Part shown: piece after piece, positions 25,306-34,848 of the stretch
Numbering within the stretch: position 1 is the stretch's first letter
Layout of the letters: every line of letters starts with the position of its first letter
Assembly (NCBI GenBank): GCA_001798715.1
Contig: MGSF01000062.1
Location: 1-48,051, forward strand
Origin: Deltaproteobacteria bacterium RIFCSPLOWO2_02_FULL_50_16
GTDB lineage: Bacteria; UBA10199; 2-02-FULL-50-16
Length of the DNA stretch: 48,051 nucleotides
Reading direction: 5' to 3'
Notes under the pieces: model-generated
Database searches by the model: none
Seen by the model: only the letters and a program-made list of their open reading frames with translations
What the model was told of the DNA's origin: nothing
Translations under genes and position numbers: made by a program

Positions 25306-25917
25306 TCATTCCTTATATCCCAGCCCGATCCAATAAACCTCTGACGAGGTTTTTCGGGAGGCCTCGGGAGAAAATGTGGCGACCTTGGAAAAGGCGACCT
25401 TCATTTGTTTGTAAAGCCCCTCGCTCTCCTGTCCGGGGAAGACCTTTACCACAAAGTTCCCATGGATTTTTAGGAGTCTTAGGCAGGTTTTTAGGGCCAA
25501 AAGGGCGAGTTCGTAAGAAAGAAATTGATCCCCGAATTTAACACCCGTTAATTTGGGGGCCATATCGCTGACGATAAGGTCGGCCTTTTGGGGCCATATC
25601 TTTTCTATTTGATCGAGGAATTTCGGATCCCGAAGGTCTCCCTGGAGGAAGAGGGCGTTGGGGGGGAGGGAGATATTGAGGGGTTGTAGGTCGATGCCGA
25701 TCACCCTTCCCTGGGGGCCGATGGTGTCCGCAATCACCTGCATCCAACTCCCCGGAGAGGTCCCCAAATCAATCACAAACATCCCCTTTTTTAAGAGGGA
25801 CCATTTTTGGTTTATTTGAATGAGCTTATAGGCTGCCCGTGAGGCCCACCCCTCTTTTTTGGCCTTTTGAAAATAACGATCCTTTCGCAGATAAGGCATT
25901 GGGGCGCCATAGCGCAC
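25306..25917 (-). CDS. rlmE: 23S rRNA (uridine2552-2'-O)-methyltransferase RlmE/FtsJ
   Basis: RAAYKLIQINQKW, VIDLGTSPGSWMQV, VSDMAPKLTG. Confidence 0.9.
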   Translation of the reverse strand: MRYGAPMPYLRKDRYFQKAKKEGWASRAAYKLIQINQKWSLLKKGMFVIDLGTSPGSWMQVIADTIGPQGRVIGIDLQPLNISLPPNALFLQGDLRDPKFLDQIEKIWPQKADLIVSDMAPKLTGVKFGDQFLSYELALLALKTCLRLLKIHGNFVVKVFPGQESEGLYKQMKVAFSKVATFSPEASRKTSSEVYWIGLGYKE

Positions 25918-25946
25918 TGCCTCTCAAATGTACAGACCTCAAATAT

Positions 25947-25982
25947 TGGTGTGTTTCGTAAATTCATTTATGGGACACACCA
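25947..25982. promoter_or_regulatory. 8-bp inverted repeat TGGTGTGT-N20-ACACACCA, candidate enhancer (bEBP) site
   Basis: Read directly. Centred about 140 nt upstream of the 26103 -24/-12 element, the usual distance for a UAS. Confidence 0.3.
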
Positions 25983-26102
25983 CTTCATTTTGGAGACAGG
26001 AGACACCAGAAAAACAGCGTAATTTCAAACAGCGCAACACATCTATGGATAATAACCCAGCAATTTCAAAGAGTTAAATATTTATTGGAGAGACTAAGGA
26101 CT

Positions 26103-26118
26103 TGGCAACTTTCTTGCT
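26103..26118 (+). promoter_or_regulatory. Sigma-54-type -24/-12 promoter (TGGCAACTTTCTTGCT)
   Basis: Exact GG-N10-GC spacing. The -12 element is about 32 nt upstream of the ATG at 26149, with ggagag SD between. Confidence 0.5.
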
Positions 26119-26148
26119 TATTAAAAGGAGCAGAGGAGAGCGGCATCC

Positions 26149-26520
26149 ATGTCTCTATCGTTAAATCCAGTTCAGGCAGAAAGATTGGCGGCTATTCAAG
26201 AGATGGATGGCCCTTTTGCCGAACAGGTCCTGGCCGCCATTGACACGGCCCACGATTCCCGTGGGATTGATCATATCCTCGATAATGCCTGGAAACGCCT
26301 CAATCAATGTGATGTAGCGGGCAGCTTCAATGCCCATGCGGCCCGTTTTGGGAGTGTCTCTTCTTTTACGGGACAGCCCTTGGATGCCGAGCAGACGGCC
26401 TTTTTGACGTGTCTCCGCGAGACCTCCCTCGAGCAATTAAAGACTGAGGCCCGAGGAGGACATGTAGGAACTCTTGAGGAGTGGATGCGTTCTTCCGAAA
26501 GCCCCGTAAGCCCTGCCTAG
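26149..26520 (+). CDS. Hypothetical protein (123 aa)
   Basis: ORF with SD. First gene of a two-gene unit bounded by a sigma-54-type promoter and a clean terminator. Confidence 0.5.
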   Translation: MSLSLNPVQAERLAAIQEMDGPFAEQVLAAIDTAHDSRGIDHILDNAWKRLNQCDVAGSFNAHAARFGSVSSFTGQPLDAEQTAFLTCLRETSLEQLKTEARGGHVGTLEEWMRSSESPVSPA

Positions 26521-26552
26521 ACTAAATCCCTTTCCCATGGCATAGTGAAAAG

Positions 26553-26906
26553 ATGGATCCCAAAAAGATCAAGGATCTCATCAGAAGATATCCCCGCCTT
26601 TCGTTTTTGGACTCCCCCCAGTTTAGGGCCCTTCCCAAGGAGAAGCAGGATTATGTCTATGGGCTTATCGAGGATGCCCAGTTTTGGATCGACCAGGACA
26701 AAAATCCGGAAAGCGACAACCGCTTCCTCTTTTTGGGGTCAGTGTTGGGCCTGATGAGGGCCGAGGCCGATGCGGATAGTAAGGGGCTGGCGGGCAAGGA
26801 GCGTGAAAAATACCTGGCCCCTCAAAAGGCCCTCCAGAGTCGCTATAACCCCTATTCTGGGAATGTCACCGCAGAAACAACGAGAGATCCTAAAAAAACA
26901 AAGTAA
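26553..26906 (+). CDS. Hypothetical protein (117 aa)
   Basis: ORF with gtgaaaag upstream of the ATG. Charged, no signal peptide. Confidence 0.5.
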   Translation: MDPKKIKDLIRRYPRLSFLDSPQFRALPKEKQDYVYGLIEDAQFWIDQDKNPESDNRFLFLGSVLGLMRAEADADSKGLAGKEREKYLAPQKALQSRYNPYSGNVTAETTRDPKKTK

Positions 26907-27019
26907 TTTCATCAGGTTATCAAATTTTCCCCTTCGAAAAATTTGAAAAAAATGCGCAACAAATTATGAATTGGGACGATGATAAGAATAGAGATTGAAA
27001 TTGTTTTTAAAATGCGTCG

Positions 27020-27046
27020 GGGGATGCGTTCTGCATCCCCTTTTTT
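27020..27046 (+). terminator. Rho-independent terminator
   Basis: ggggatgc gttct gcatcccc followed by TTTTTT. Confidence 0.75.
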
Positions 27047-27142
27047 ATAAGCCAAAAAAGAGGATGTGAAGAGGAGGAGAGCCACAATACAACAACTTGG
27101 TGCACCTGTCGGCATAGCCGCCAGGTACTCATTTTCCTAATC

Positions 27143-27169
27143 GCAGAGGCCCCGCAAGGGTCCCTCTGC
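27143..27169 (-). terminator. Hairpin downstream of tRNA-Phe
   Basis: gcagagg / cctctgc stem with inner gccc-cgca-aggg-tc pairing, nested in an outer cattttcct / aggaaaatg repeat (27130-27181). Confidence 0.45.
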
Positions 27170-27181
27170 TCAAGGAAAATG

Positions 27182-27254
<73 letters not shown>

Positions 27255-27416
27255 TGGACCGGAGGTCCAATCCAGACGGTTGATACCCATGCTGGTTATC
27301 AAAGGACGGTTGATGTATTACAGTTTTTTTGTACTGTCAAAGTAAAAGGGAGCGAAGAGGGTCAGTGAGACAAGTCTTAGAAATTACAGGCAAATGACAC
27401 GTAGCGTTAATTCGGT

Positions 27417-27445
27417 TTGACGCAAGGTGACAGACGTGATATAGA
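27417..27445 (+). promoter_or_regulatory. Candidate sigma-70 promoter for carD (TTGACG-17-TATAGA)
   Basis: Hexamers with 17-nt spacing about 70 nt upstream of the carD ATG. The -10 is embedded in the palindrome gacgtga...tcacgtc. Confidence 0.35.
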
Positions 27446-27515
27446 GACACTTCACGTCTTTGGAGGGGTTAAGGAAAATCGATAATCAAAGCATCGAAGT
27501 GAGGAGGCTTACAGA

Positions 27516-28007
27516 ATGAATAGGGATTTTAAAGAAGGGGATATGGCCGTTTATCCTGCCCATGGGGTGGGAGAGGTAAAAGGCATCGAAACCCGCGAGA
27601 TTTCAGGTGAAAAACATAAGTTTTACATCCTCAAGATCCTCGATAATGGCATGACCATCATGGTGCCCAAGGGGAATGTAAAGTCCGTGGGCCTGCGCGA
27701 AATTATCAATGGTGATGAGGTCGAGGAGGTCTTTGAGATCTTAAAGGAACGCGATGTGACGGTGGATACGCAGACCTGGAATCGCCGCTATCGGGAATAC
27801 ATGGACAAGATCAAGACGGGCTCCGTCTATGAAATTGCAGAGGTTCTCCGTGATTTGTCCCTGCTAAAATTTGAGAAGGAACTCTCCTTTGGCGAGAGGA
27901 AGATGCTCGATATGGCTCGAAATCTGCTAGTCAGGGAATTAGCCGTTGCAACGGGTCAGGAAGAGGCCGAGATCTTTCAGGAGATTCAGAAGATCTTTAA
28001 GTCGTAA
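27516..28007 (+). CDS. carD: CarD/CdnL-family RNA-polymerase-binding transcription factor
   Basis: 163 aa. FKEGDMAVYPAHGVGEVKGIE...FYILKI...MVPKGNV...GLREI, WNRRYREYMDKIKTGS. Confidence 0.9.
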   Translation: MNRDFKEGDMAVYPAHGVGEVKGIETREISGEKHKFYILKILDNGMTIMVPKGNVKSVGLREIINGDEVEEVFEILKERDVTVDTQTWNRRYREYMDKIKTGSVYEIAEVLRDLSLLKFEKELSFGERKMLDMARNLLVRELAVATGQEEAEIFQEIQKIFKS

Positions 28008-28035
28008 GGGATGGCTTGTGGTTTTTTGTAAAAAA

Positions 28036-28063
28036 CCCCTTGTCCTCGGGCAAGGGGTTTTTT
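28036..28063 (+). terminator. Rho-independent terminator after carD
   Basis: ccccttg...caagggg stem followed by TTTTTT, with an A-run upstream. Confidence 0.65.
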
Positions 28064-28078
28064 ATTATCTCTACTTCT

Positions 28079-28762
28079 ATGGGACATTTAGCGATTATTC
28101 CAGCGGCAGGTTTAGGACAGCGAATGGGGAAGGGGATCTCCAAACAATATCTGGAGATTGGAGGAAAACCCATTTTAGCGCGGACGCTGGAGGTTTTTGA
28201 GAATTCTCCGGATATTGATGGAATCTATCTTGTGGTCTCCAAGGATTGTGTTGGGGACATCCAGAAGGAATGGATGCCTCGGTATTCGAAGATACAAAAA
28301 GTTGTTGCTGGGGGGAAAGAACGTCAGGACTCAGTGAAGGCGGGTTTTGAGGCCCTTCCCCCTTGCGAGGTGGTGTGTGTTCATGATGCCGTCCGTCCCT
28401 TTCTGACCCAGGAAGTTCTTCATCGTGTTGTCATAACGGCCAAGGAACAGGGGGCGGCCATCTTGGGGCGTCCCATCCATGAGACCGTCAAGCGTGTCAA
28501 TCCTCAGGGGCTGGTTCAAAAGACGGTCAATCGACATCGTTTGTGGAGCATTCAGACGCCCCAGTGTTTTCGCTACGAAATCCTCATGGAAGCCTTTAAA
28601 AAGGCCGATGTGGATAATTTTCGAGGAACGGATGAGGCGATGTTGGTTGAGTATTGCGGATTTCCAGTCGCGGTGATTGAGGGGGATTTGAGAAATATTA
28701 AAATAACGACCCCTTTCGACCTCAAAATGGCGGAGAATTTCCTCAAAGGAGAATTTTCTTGA
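28079..28762 (+). CDS. ispD: 2-C-methyl-D-erythritol 4-phosphate cytidylyltransferase
   Basis: The ATG at 28079 gives MGHLAIIPAAGLGQRMG. AGGKERQDSV, VHDAVRPF. The track start at 28016 would run through the carD terminator. Confidence 0.9.
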   Translation: MGHLAIIPAAGLGQRMGKGISKQYLEIGGKPILARTLEVFENSPDIDGIYLVVSKDCVGDIQKEWMPRYSKIQKVVAGGKERQDSVKAGFEALPPCEVVCVHDAVRPFLTQEVLHRVVITAKEQGAAILGRPIHETVKRVNPQGLVQKTVNRHRLWSIQTPQCFRYEILMEAFKKADVDNFRGTDEAMLVEYCGFPVAVIEGDLRNIKITTPFDLKMAENFLKGEFS

Positions 28763-29238
28763 TGCGTATTGGTTTGGGTTATGATGTTCATCGGCTTGTT
28801 TCTGCACGTCCCCTGATCCTCGGAGGGGTGAGGATCCCTTTTGACAAGGGGGTTTTGGGTCATTCCGATGGGGATGTCTTGATTCACGCTATTTGTGATG
28901 CCCTTTTAGGGGCGGCGGGTCTTGGGGATATTGGGGAGCATTTTCCTGATACGGATCCACGGTGGAAGGGATTTTCTTCCGTGGGGTTTCTTGAGGAGAT
29001 TTCCAAATTTTTAAAAGAAAGACGGTTGGAAATTAATAATATTGATTGTGTCGTTATCTTGGAGAAACCCAAACTGGCTCCCCACAAGAAAGAAATGGCC
29101 TCTGTTATTGCCCGGGCCCTAGGTCTATTGCCGGGACAAGTCAACATCAAGGCCACAACGGAAGAAGGTATGGGTTTTACAGGTCGAGGAGAAGGGGTGG
29201 CCGCCCAAGCCATAACCTTGTTAAAGGAAAAATCGTGA
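28759..29238 (+). CDS. ispF: 2-C-methyl-D-erythritol 2,4-cyclodiphosphate synthase
   Basis: MRIGLGYDVHRL, GHSDGDVLIHAICDALLGA, GDIGEHFPDTDPRWKG. ATGA overlap with ispD. Confidence 0.95.
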   Translation: MMRIGLGYDVHRLVSARPLILGGVRIPFDKGVLGHSDGDVLIHAICDALLGAAGLGDIGEHFPDTDPRWKGFSSVGFLEEISKFLKERRLEINNIDCVVILEKPKLAPHKKEMASVIARALGLLPGQVNIKATTEEGMGFTGRGEGVAAQAITLLKEKS

Positions 29239-30692
29239 ATCCAGATTCCCTTGTTGTTTATAATTCCATGACACAAAAGAAAGAGGTTTTTCGATCCTTA
29301 GAACCGGGCAAGGTCAAGATGTATGTTTGTGGTGTCACTGTCTATGATGAGTCTCACTTGGGACACGCACGGGCGGCCGTCACCTTTGACATTATTTATC
29401 GGTATTTGTCGTATCTGGGTTATGATGTGGTCTATGTGCGCAATTTTACCGATGTGGATGATAAAATAATTAAAAAGGCCCAAAAGGAAAATCTGACCTG
29501 CGAGGAAATTTCGCAAAGATACATGAAGAGCTATTGGGAGGTCATGACAGCCCTTGGAAATGTTCCTCCGACCCACGAGCCCTGTGCGATGCAGCATATT
29601 CCACAAATGATCGATTTGATTAAGAAGCTTACGGAAAAGGACAAGGCCTATGTAGGGGGCAGGGATGTCTTTTATTCCGTCAAAAAATTTCAAGGTTATG
29701 GAAAACTTTCACACAAGGTCATTAATGATTTGGAATCCGGGGCTCGTATTGAGATCGATGAGAAGAAAAAAGATCCTTTGGATTTTGCCCTCTGGAAGGG
29801 AAGCAAGCCGGGAGAGCCCCACTGGCCCTCTCCCTGGGGAGAAGGGCGTCCTGGATGGCATATTGAATGTTCCGCCATGAGTATGCATTATCTGGGAGAG
29901 AGTTTTGATATTCATGGCGGGGGACGCGATCTTATTTTTCCTCATCATGAAAATGAGATTGCCCAATCCGAGGGGGCAACAGGAAAACCCTTTGCCCGTT
30001 ATTGGCTTCACAACGGCTTTGTTAACATTAATGATGAAAAGATGAGTAAGTCATTAGGTAATTTTTTTACCGTGAAGGAAATTCTCAACAATTACTCTCC
30101 GGAAGTGGTTCGTTATTTTTTGCTCAGCGCCCATTATGCCTCTCCCATTGACTTTTCCGATCAAAGGATGAAGGAGGCGAAAAACGCCCTCATTCGTTTC
30201 TATGAAACCATGGCCCGTCTGCAGGAATTTTCCGTAAAAGAAGAGGGAAAGGGAAAGGATTTACCCATCAACACCCTCCTTACGCGATCTGAAAAGGCCA
30301 TGTGTGATGATTTCAATACGGCAAAGGTTATTGGATTGGTTTTTGACTGGATACGGGAACTCAATAAATATTTGGATGCTTTGGAAGCGGATAAACAAGG
30401 TATCCCAAAAGGACTCAAAGATTCCCTCGTCCGCCAGATCGAGGCCCTCGGTGGTTTTTTAAACATCTTTCATTCCCCTCCTCGGGAATTCTTAAGATCA
30501 CAATCAGCCCAGGCTATGCAGTCCTTAAATATAAATCCAAGTGAAATTGGAGACAAACTGAAGGAGCGGCAGGAGGCACGGAAAAATAAGGATTGGAAAG
30601 GGGCGGATTTTATTCGAGACGAATTGGCCAAGCTTGGCATTGAAATCAAGGATAATCCAGACGGAACCACGAATTGGTCTGTAAAAGCATGA
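29235..30692 (+). CDS. cysS: Cysteinyl-tRNA synthetase
   Basis: GTG at 29235 overlaps the ispF stop (GTGA). LVVYNSMTQKKEVF, MYVCGVTVYDESHLGHAR (HIGH), KMSKSLGN (KMSKS). Confidence 0.95.
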   Translation: MNPDSLVVYNSMTQKKEVFRSLEPGKVKMYVCGVTVYDESHLGHARAAVTFDIIYRYLSYLGYDVVYVRNFTDVDDKIIKKAQKENLTCEEISQRYMKSYWEVMTALGNVPPTHEPCAMQHIPQMIDLIKKLTEKDKAYVGGRDVFYSVKKFQGYGKLSHKVINDLESGARIEIDEKKKDPLDFALWKGSKPGEPHWPSPWGEGRPGWHIECSAMSMHYLGESFDIHGGGRDLIFPHHENEIAQSEGATGKPFARYWLHNGFVNINDEKMSKSLGNFFTVKEILNNYSPEVVRYFLLSAHYASPIDFSDQRMKEAKNALIRFYETMARLQEFSVKEEGKGKDLPINTLLTRSEKAMCDDFNTAKVIGLVFDWIRELNKYLDALEADKQGIPKGLKDSLVRQIEALGGFLNIFHSPPREFLRSQSAQAMQSLNINPSEIGDKLKERQEARKNKDWKGADFIRDELAKLGIEIKDNPDGTTNWSVKA

Positions 30693-30695
30693 CAC

Positions 30696-32699
30696 ATGCC
30701 TCCATTCAAAATCACAACACACTTAACCCCTCAAGGAGACCAGCCGCGGGCCATTAAGGCCCTCGTTCAGGGGATTCAGAAAAGATTGTCCCATCAAACC
30801 TTATTGGGCGTGACCGGGTCTGGAAAGACCTTTACGATGGCCCATGTGATTCAGGAAGTGCAACGCCCCACCCTCATTATAGCTCCCAATAAAACCCTGG
30901 CGGCTCAACTCTATGGTGAAATGAAGGAGCTTTTTCCAGAAAATGCCGTGGAGTATTTTGTCAGCTATTATGATTATTACCAGCCCGAGGCCTATGTGCC
31001 GACAAGGAACCTCTATATCGAGAAGGATTCCTCTATCAACGAAGAGATAGATAAATTGCGGCATTCGGCGACACGATCCTTGTTGACACGGGGGGATGTC
31101 ATTATTGTGGCCTCGGTCTCCTGCATTTATGGTTTGGGGTCTCCTGAGGCCTATCATGGCATGCTCGTCCTTCTTGAGAAAGGCCGTGAATATTCCAGAA
31201 ATCAGGTCTTGCTGGATCTTGTAAAAATTCAATACGAACGCAATGATTATGATTTTCATCGGGGGACATTTCGTGTTCGGGGGGATGTTGTGGAAATCTT
31301 TCCGGCCTACGAGGAACAAAAGGCCATTCGTGTGGTTTTTTTTGGGGATGATATTGAGGAAATCTATGAGATAGATCCATTGACAGGAAGAAAACTGCAA
31401 TCTTTGACCCGGACTTCAATTTTTCCAGCGAGTCATTATGTGGCAGAAGAGGCCCAGATGAAAAGGGCGATCTTGGGAATAAAAAAGGAGCTCAAGGAAA
31501 GGATCCAGTATTTTTACGAGCATAATCAACCCGTAGAACAGCAAAGGATTGAGCAGCGGACCCGTTATGATGTCGAGATGATGGAAGAGATCGGTTTTTG
31601 TAAGGGGATTGAAAATTATTCCCGGCATATTACGGGACGTAGGCCCGGCGAGGCCCCTCCGACCTTATTGGATTATTTTCCCAAGGAGCATCTTGTCTTT
31701 CTGGATGAGAGCCATATCACGGTGCCCCAACTCCAGGGCATGTATCGGGGAGATCGCTCTCGAAAGGAAAATCTGGTGGACTATGGATTTCGCCTTCCTT
31801 CGGCCCTGGATAATCGGCCCTTGAGATTTGATGAGTTTGAAAAATTGGTGCATCAAATGGTTTTCGTTTCGGCCACCCCAGCAGATTATGAATACAAAAA
31901 ATCAGGCAAGGCGATTGTCGAGCAGGTCATCCGTCCCACGGGGCTGGTCGATCCTCAGGTGGAAGTGCGTTCGGCGACAACTCAGGTGGATGACTTGCTT
32001 GGGGCAATTCACAAAAGAATTGATAAAGGTGAGCGTGTTTTGGTGACGACGTTGACCAAGAAAATGGCGGAGGATCTGACGAAATTTTATCAAGAAGTGG
32101 GCCTTAAGGTACGCTATCTCCACTCGGATGTAGACACGCTTGAGCGTGTCGAGATTATTCGCCAACTGAGAGAAGGCAAATTTGATGTCTTGATTGGCAT
32201 CAATCTTTTGAGGGAAGGGTTGGACCTTCCTGAAGTCTCATTGGTCGCCATCCTGGATGCCGATAAAGAAGGTTTTTTGCGATCTGCCCGATCGCTGATC
32301 CAGACCTTTGGTCGAGCAGCACGCCATATTCATGGGAGGGCGATCCTTTATGCTGACAATATGACGGGTTCGATGAAGACTGCCATCGAGGAGACAGAAA
32401 GGCGGCGCCAGATCCAGAGGACCTTTAACGAAAAAAATCATATTACGCCCAAGACGATCGTCAAGTCGATGTCCACCGCCCTTCAAAAACTCTGTGACAT
32501 GGACTATTTCACTGTCGCGCAAGAAAAAGACGCAAAGAGGAGGCAGGTTCCCTTGGAGGAGATTCCTGCCGTCCTTGAATCCCTTCGCAGTGAGATGAAA
32601 AAGGCGGCTGGCAATCTTGAATTTGAAAGGGCGGCAGAATTAAGAGATCAGATCCAGGAACTCCAGGCACGGGTTCTTACCCTTGGGATCAAGAATTGA
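30696..32699 (+). CDS. uvrB: Excinuclease ABC subunit B
   Basis: 667 aa. [43 protein letters not shown]-terminal UVR motif [13 protein letters not shown]. Confidence 0.97.
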   Translation: MPPFKITTHLTPQGDQPRAIKALVQGIQKRLSHQTLLGVTGSGKTFTMAHVIQEVQRPTLIIAPNKTLAAQLYGEMKELFPENAVEYFVSYYDYYQPEAYVPTRNLYIEKDSSINEEIDKLRHSATRSLLTRGDVIIVASVSCIYGLGSPEAYHGMLVLLEKGREYSRNQVLLDLVKIQYERNDYDFHRGTFRVRGDVVEIFPAYEEQKAIRVVFFGDDIEEIYEIDPLTGRKLQSLTRTSIFPASHYVAEEAQMKRAILGIKKELKERIQYFYEHNQPVEQQRIEQRTRYDVEMMEEIGFCKGIENYSRHITGRRPGEAPPTLLDYFPKEHLVFLDESHITVPQLQGMYRGDRSRKENLVDYGFRLPSALDNRPLRFDEFEKLVHQMVFVSATPADYEYKKSGKAIVEQVIRPTGLVDPQVEVRSATTQVDDLLGAIHKRIDKGERVLVTTLTKKMAEDLTKFYQEVGLKVRYLHSDVDTLERVEIIRQLREGKFDVLIGINLLREGLDLPEVSLVAILDADKEGFLRSARSLIQTFGRAARHIHGRAILYADNMTGSMKTAIEETERRRQIQRTFNEKNHITPKTIVKSMSTALQKLCDMDYFTVAQEKDAKRRQVPLEEIPAVLESLRSEMKKAAGNLEFERAAELRDQIQELQARVLTLGIKN

Positions 32700-32856
32700 G
32701 GTTTCTCACCAATTTTTTCTTGACAGCCCCACAGAACACCTGTAGGAAGTGGAAAACCAATTTTTCCAATGATTATAAGTATTTACAACGTTTTAAAACT
32801 TCTAAAACAAATGGTTTGTCACAGCGCTTAAGTGAGTGGAATGAAGGAGGGTGTTT

Positions 32857-34848
32857 ATGTCAGCAGTCGCCAAGGATCAATTAAAGAAAATGCAGGAAGA
32901 GGTCAAGACTCAGGAGGCGGTCAGCCGTCTAGATCCCGACCGCTTCTATCAAGTCAAGGAGGGCCAATTGGCCTCAGGAAAGCTGGAACAAGGGGGTTTT
33001 CGCCTTGTCGAGCGTCTCTTGGTTGGGATGGCCAAGGTCTTTTGGCCCCTTTTTCGCTTTATCAATAAAGTGACCCCTCCTCGCACCTTTCAGCCCGCCT
33101 GGGCCCCCGCCCCCTTGCTGAAAAACAAGGAGAAGAGTAGGCCCGTCTTTGGCTGGCCGCGCACAACAGATTCGCTCTGTCCGGGATGTGTCAAAGAGGC
33201 GCGGCAGAGGATCCTTTCGGGAGACAAGGACTATACCCATCTCATCAATGATAATCCCGGGGCCATTAAGGCGGATATTATTGAGAGAGAGGGAAGGATC
33301 ATGATGGTGAAGGAGTGCCCCAAACACGGACATTTTGAGGATGTGTTGTCGATCGATCCCAAGTTTTTAAAGCGCGTTGAAGATCTTTTTCCGGGTCGGG
33401 ATTTTAAATCTCCCCTGGACACGATGATGGAACTCAGAAACCACGGAAAGTCTTCCGTGAAATACGGGCGGGGTTCGGTCCTGACGATCGATCTCACCAA
33501 TCGCTGCAATATGATGTGCGAGCCCTGCTTCATGGATGCCAATCAGGTGGGCTATGTTCACGAACTTTCCTTGCAGGAAATAAAACAATTTTTGGACAAC
33601 GCCGTAAAAATAAAGCCCAAGAGACAGTTGTCCGTTCAATTTTCAGGGGGCGAACCGACGCTTTCCCCTCATTTTTTGGAGGCCGTTCGTTATGCCAAAG
33701 AGGTGGGTTATTTCAGCGTTCAGGCGGCGACCAACGGGATTGTTTTTGCCAATGATCCCGAGTTTGCCAAAAAGGCTTATGAGGCGGGGATGCGCATTGC
33801 GTATCTCCAGTTTGACGGGGCCAGCAATGCCAGCAATTCTCATCGAAAGATCACCAACCTCTTTGATGTCAAACTCCGTGCCATTGAAAATCTCTACAAG
33901 GCGGGGATTGATGTGGTTTTGGTGGTGACCATTGTCAACTCGGTGAACAACGAACAGGTGGGACGCATTGTCGATTTTGCCATTCAAAACTGTGACAAGA
34001 TTACGTTTGTCGCCTTTCAACCCGTCTCCTTTACGGGGCGTGATGAGGATGTCTCCGATGAGGACCGCCAACGGATGCGGTACACGACGTCCCATTTGGT
34101 GCATGATATCAAGAGGCAAACCGGGGTTTCTGAGCCCTTGCGCGATTGGTATCCCTTCTCGGCCTCCGGTCCCTTTTCGGATTTGGCGGATCTCATGAGT
34201 CATCCAAACTCCATTTTTGGAACGATGAAATGTGGTTGTCATCCTGATTGTGGTGTTGTGATGGCCATTTGGGTGGATAAGCAGACCAAGAGATGGTTGC
34301 CGGTTTCCGAATTTATTAATCTGGATAGGGTTTTGGAGGATATCAAGGCAATCACCGATGCTCAACAACCCCGATGGCTTACAAAACTAGAGGTCCTTTC
34401 ATCGCTCTTGCGGAATTTCAGGCCCAGCAAGGCCCCGAAAGATATTACCCTCCAAGATTTCTTGCGAAAATTTGATAAGCAAACGGGTGGGGGGATTCAT
34501 GCGGGGAAGGTGGATTATGGTGTTGGTGCCGTGCGGAAACAGGATCGTTGGCATTTTATGTTTGTGGGTTCTATGTGGTTTCAGGATCTTTTCACTTATG
34601 ATTTTCGGCGGACGGAGATGTGCATCATCCCGTATGCGACTCAGTTAGGAGAAATCTCTTTCTGTGCGTATAATACGGGTGTGGGGTGGAGGCAGATCAT
34701 TGAAAACATGTTTAAGACCGCCAGCGTTGCCGAATGGAATAAAAAATTTGGACGTCATAATGTTTATGCGGGCGATCGCCCCATGCCGGTTCCCAATCTG
34801 GATCATACCGTGAAGCTGCCTTCGGATACTGATGCGGCGATTCATTAA
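32857..34848 (+). CDS. Large radical SAM enzyme of the zinc-ribbon / C-terminal FCxYN type (Tes / GDGT-MAS / MJ0619-like)
   Basis: ATG at 32857, 6 nt after aaggagg. N-terminal CPGC...CPKHGHF, radical SAM CNMMCEPC with FSGGEPT, CGCHPDCG, C-terminal WHFMFVGSMWFQDLFTYDFRRTEMCIIPYATQLGEISFCAYN. Confidence 0.75.
   Translation: MSAVAKDQLKKMQEEVKTQEAVSRLDPDRFYQVKEGQLASGKLEQGGFRLVERLLVGMAKVFWPLFRFINKVTPPRTFQPAWAPAPLLKNKEKSRPVFGWPRTTDSLCPGCVKEARQRILSGDKDYTHLINDNPGAIKADIIEREGRIMMVKECPKHGHFEDVLSIDPKFLKRVEDLFPGRDFKSPLDTMMELRNHGKSSVKYGRGSVLTIDLTNRCNMMCEPCFMDANQVGYVHELSLQEIKQFLDNAVKIKPKRQLSVQFSGGEPTLSPHFLEAVRYAKEVGYFSVQAATNGIVFANDPEFAKKAYEAGMRIAYLQFDGASNASNSHRKITNLFDVKLRAIENLYKAGIDVVLVVTIVNSVNNEQVGRIVDFAIQNCDKITFVAFQPVSFTGRDEDVSDEDRQRMRYTTSHLVHDIKRQTGVSEPLRDWYPFSASGPFSDLADLMSHPNSIFGTMKCGCHPDCGVVMAIWVDKQTKRWLPVSEFINLDRVLEDIKAITDAQQPRWLTKLEVLSSLLRNFRPSKAPKDITLQDFLRKFDKQTGGGIHAGKVDYGVGAVRKQDRWHFMFVGSMWFQDLFTYDFRRTEMCIIPYATQLGEISFCAYNTGVGWRQIIENMFKTASVAEWNKKFGRHNVYAGDRPMPVPNLDHTVKLPSDTDAAIH

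Noticed and set aside
25221-25340. Short + strand ORF starting at ATG 25221 (MEEGDFLRPPHPPSPSS...)
   Set aside because: It is generated by the purine/pyrimidine arms of the hairpin, has a poor SD spacing, and runs into the rlmE 3' end. It is most likely an artefact of the inverted repeat.
26912-27115. 67-aa minus-strand ORF between the terminator and tRNA-Phe
   Set aside because: It has no SD, runs through the + strand terminator hairpin, and has hydrophobic low-complexity composition. It is likely non-coding.
27274-27314. Direct repeat gacggttgat twice, about 30 nt apart, between tRNA-Phe and carD
   Set aside because: The repeat is short (10 bp) with only two copies. It could be a regulator site in the tRNA leader, but nothing else supports it.
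28016-28078. Upstream extension of ispD (track start at 28016). Likewise the 29046 start for cysS.
   Set aside because: The ispD extension would be translated through the carD terminator hairpin. The cysS extension lies inside ispF in another frame. Homology in both cases begins at the downstream starts (28079 and 29235).
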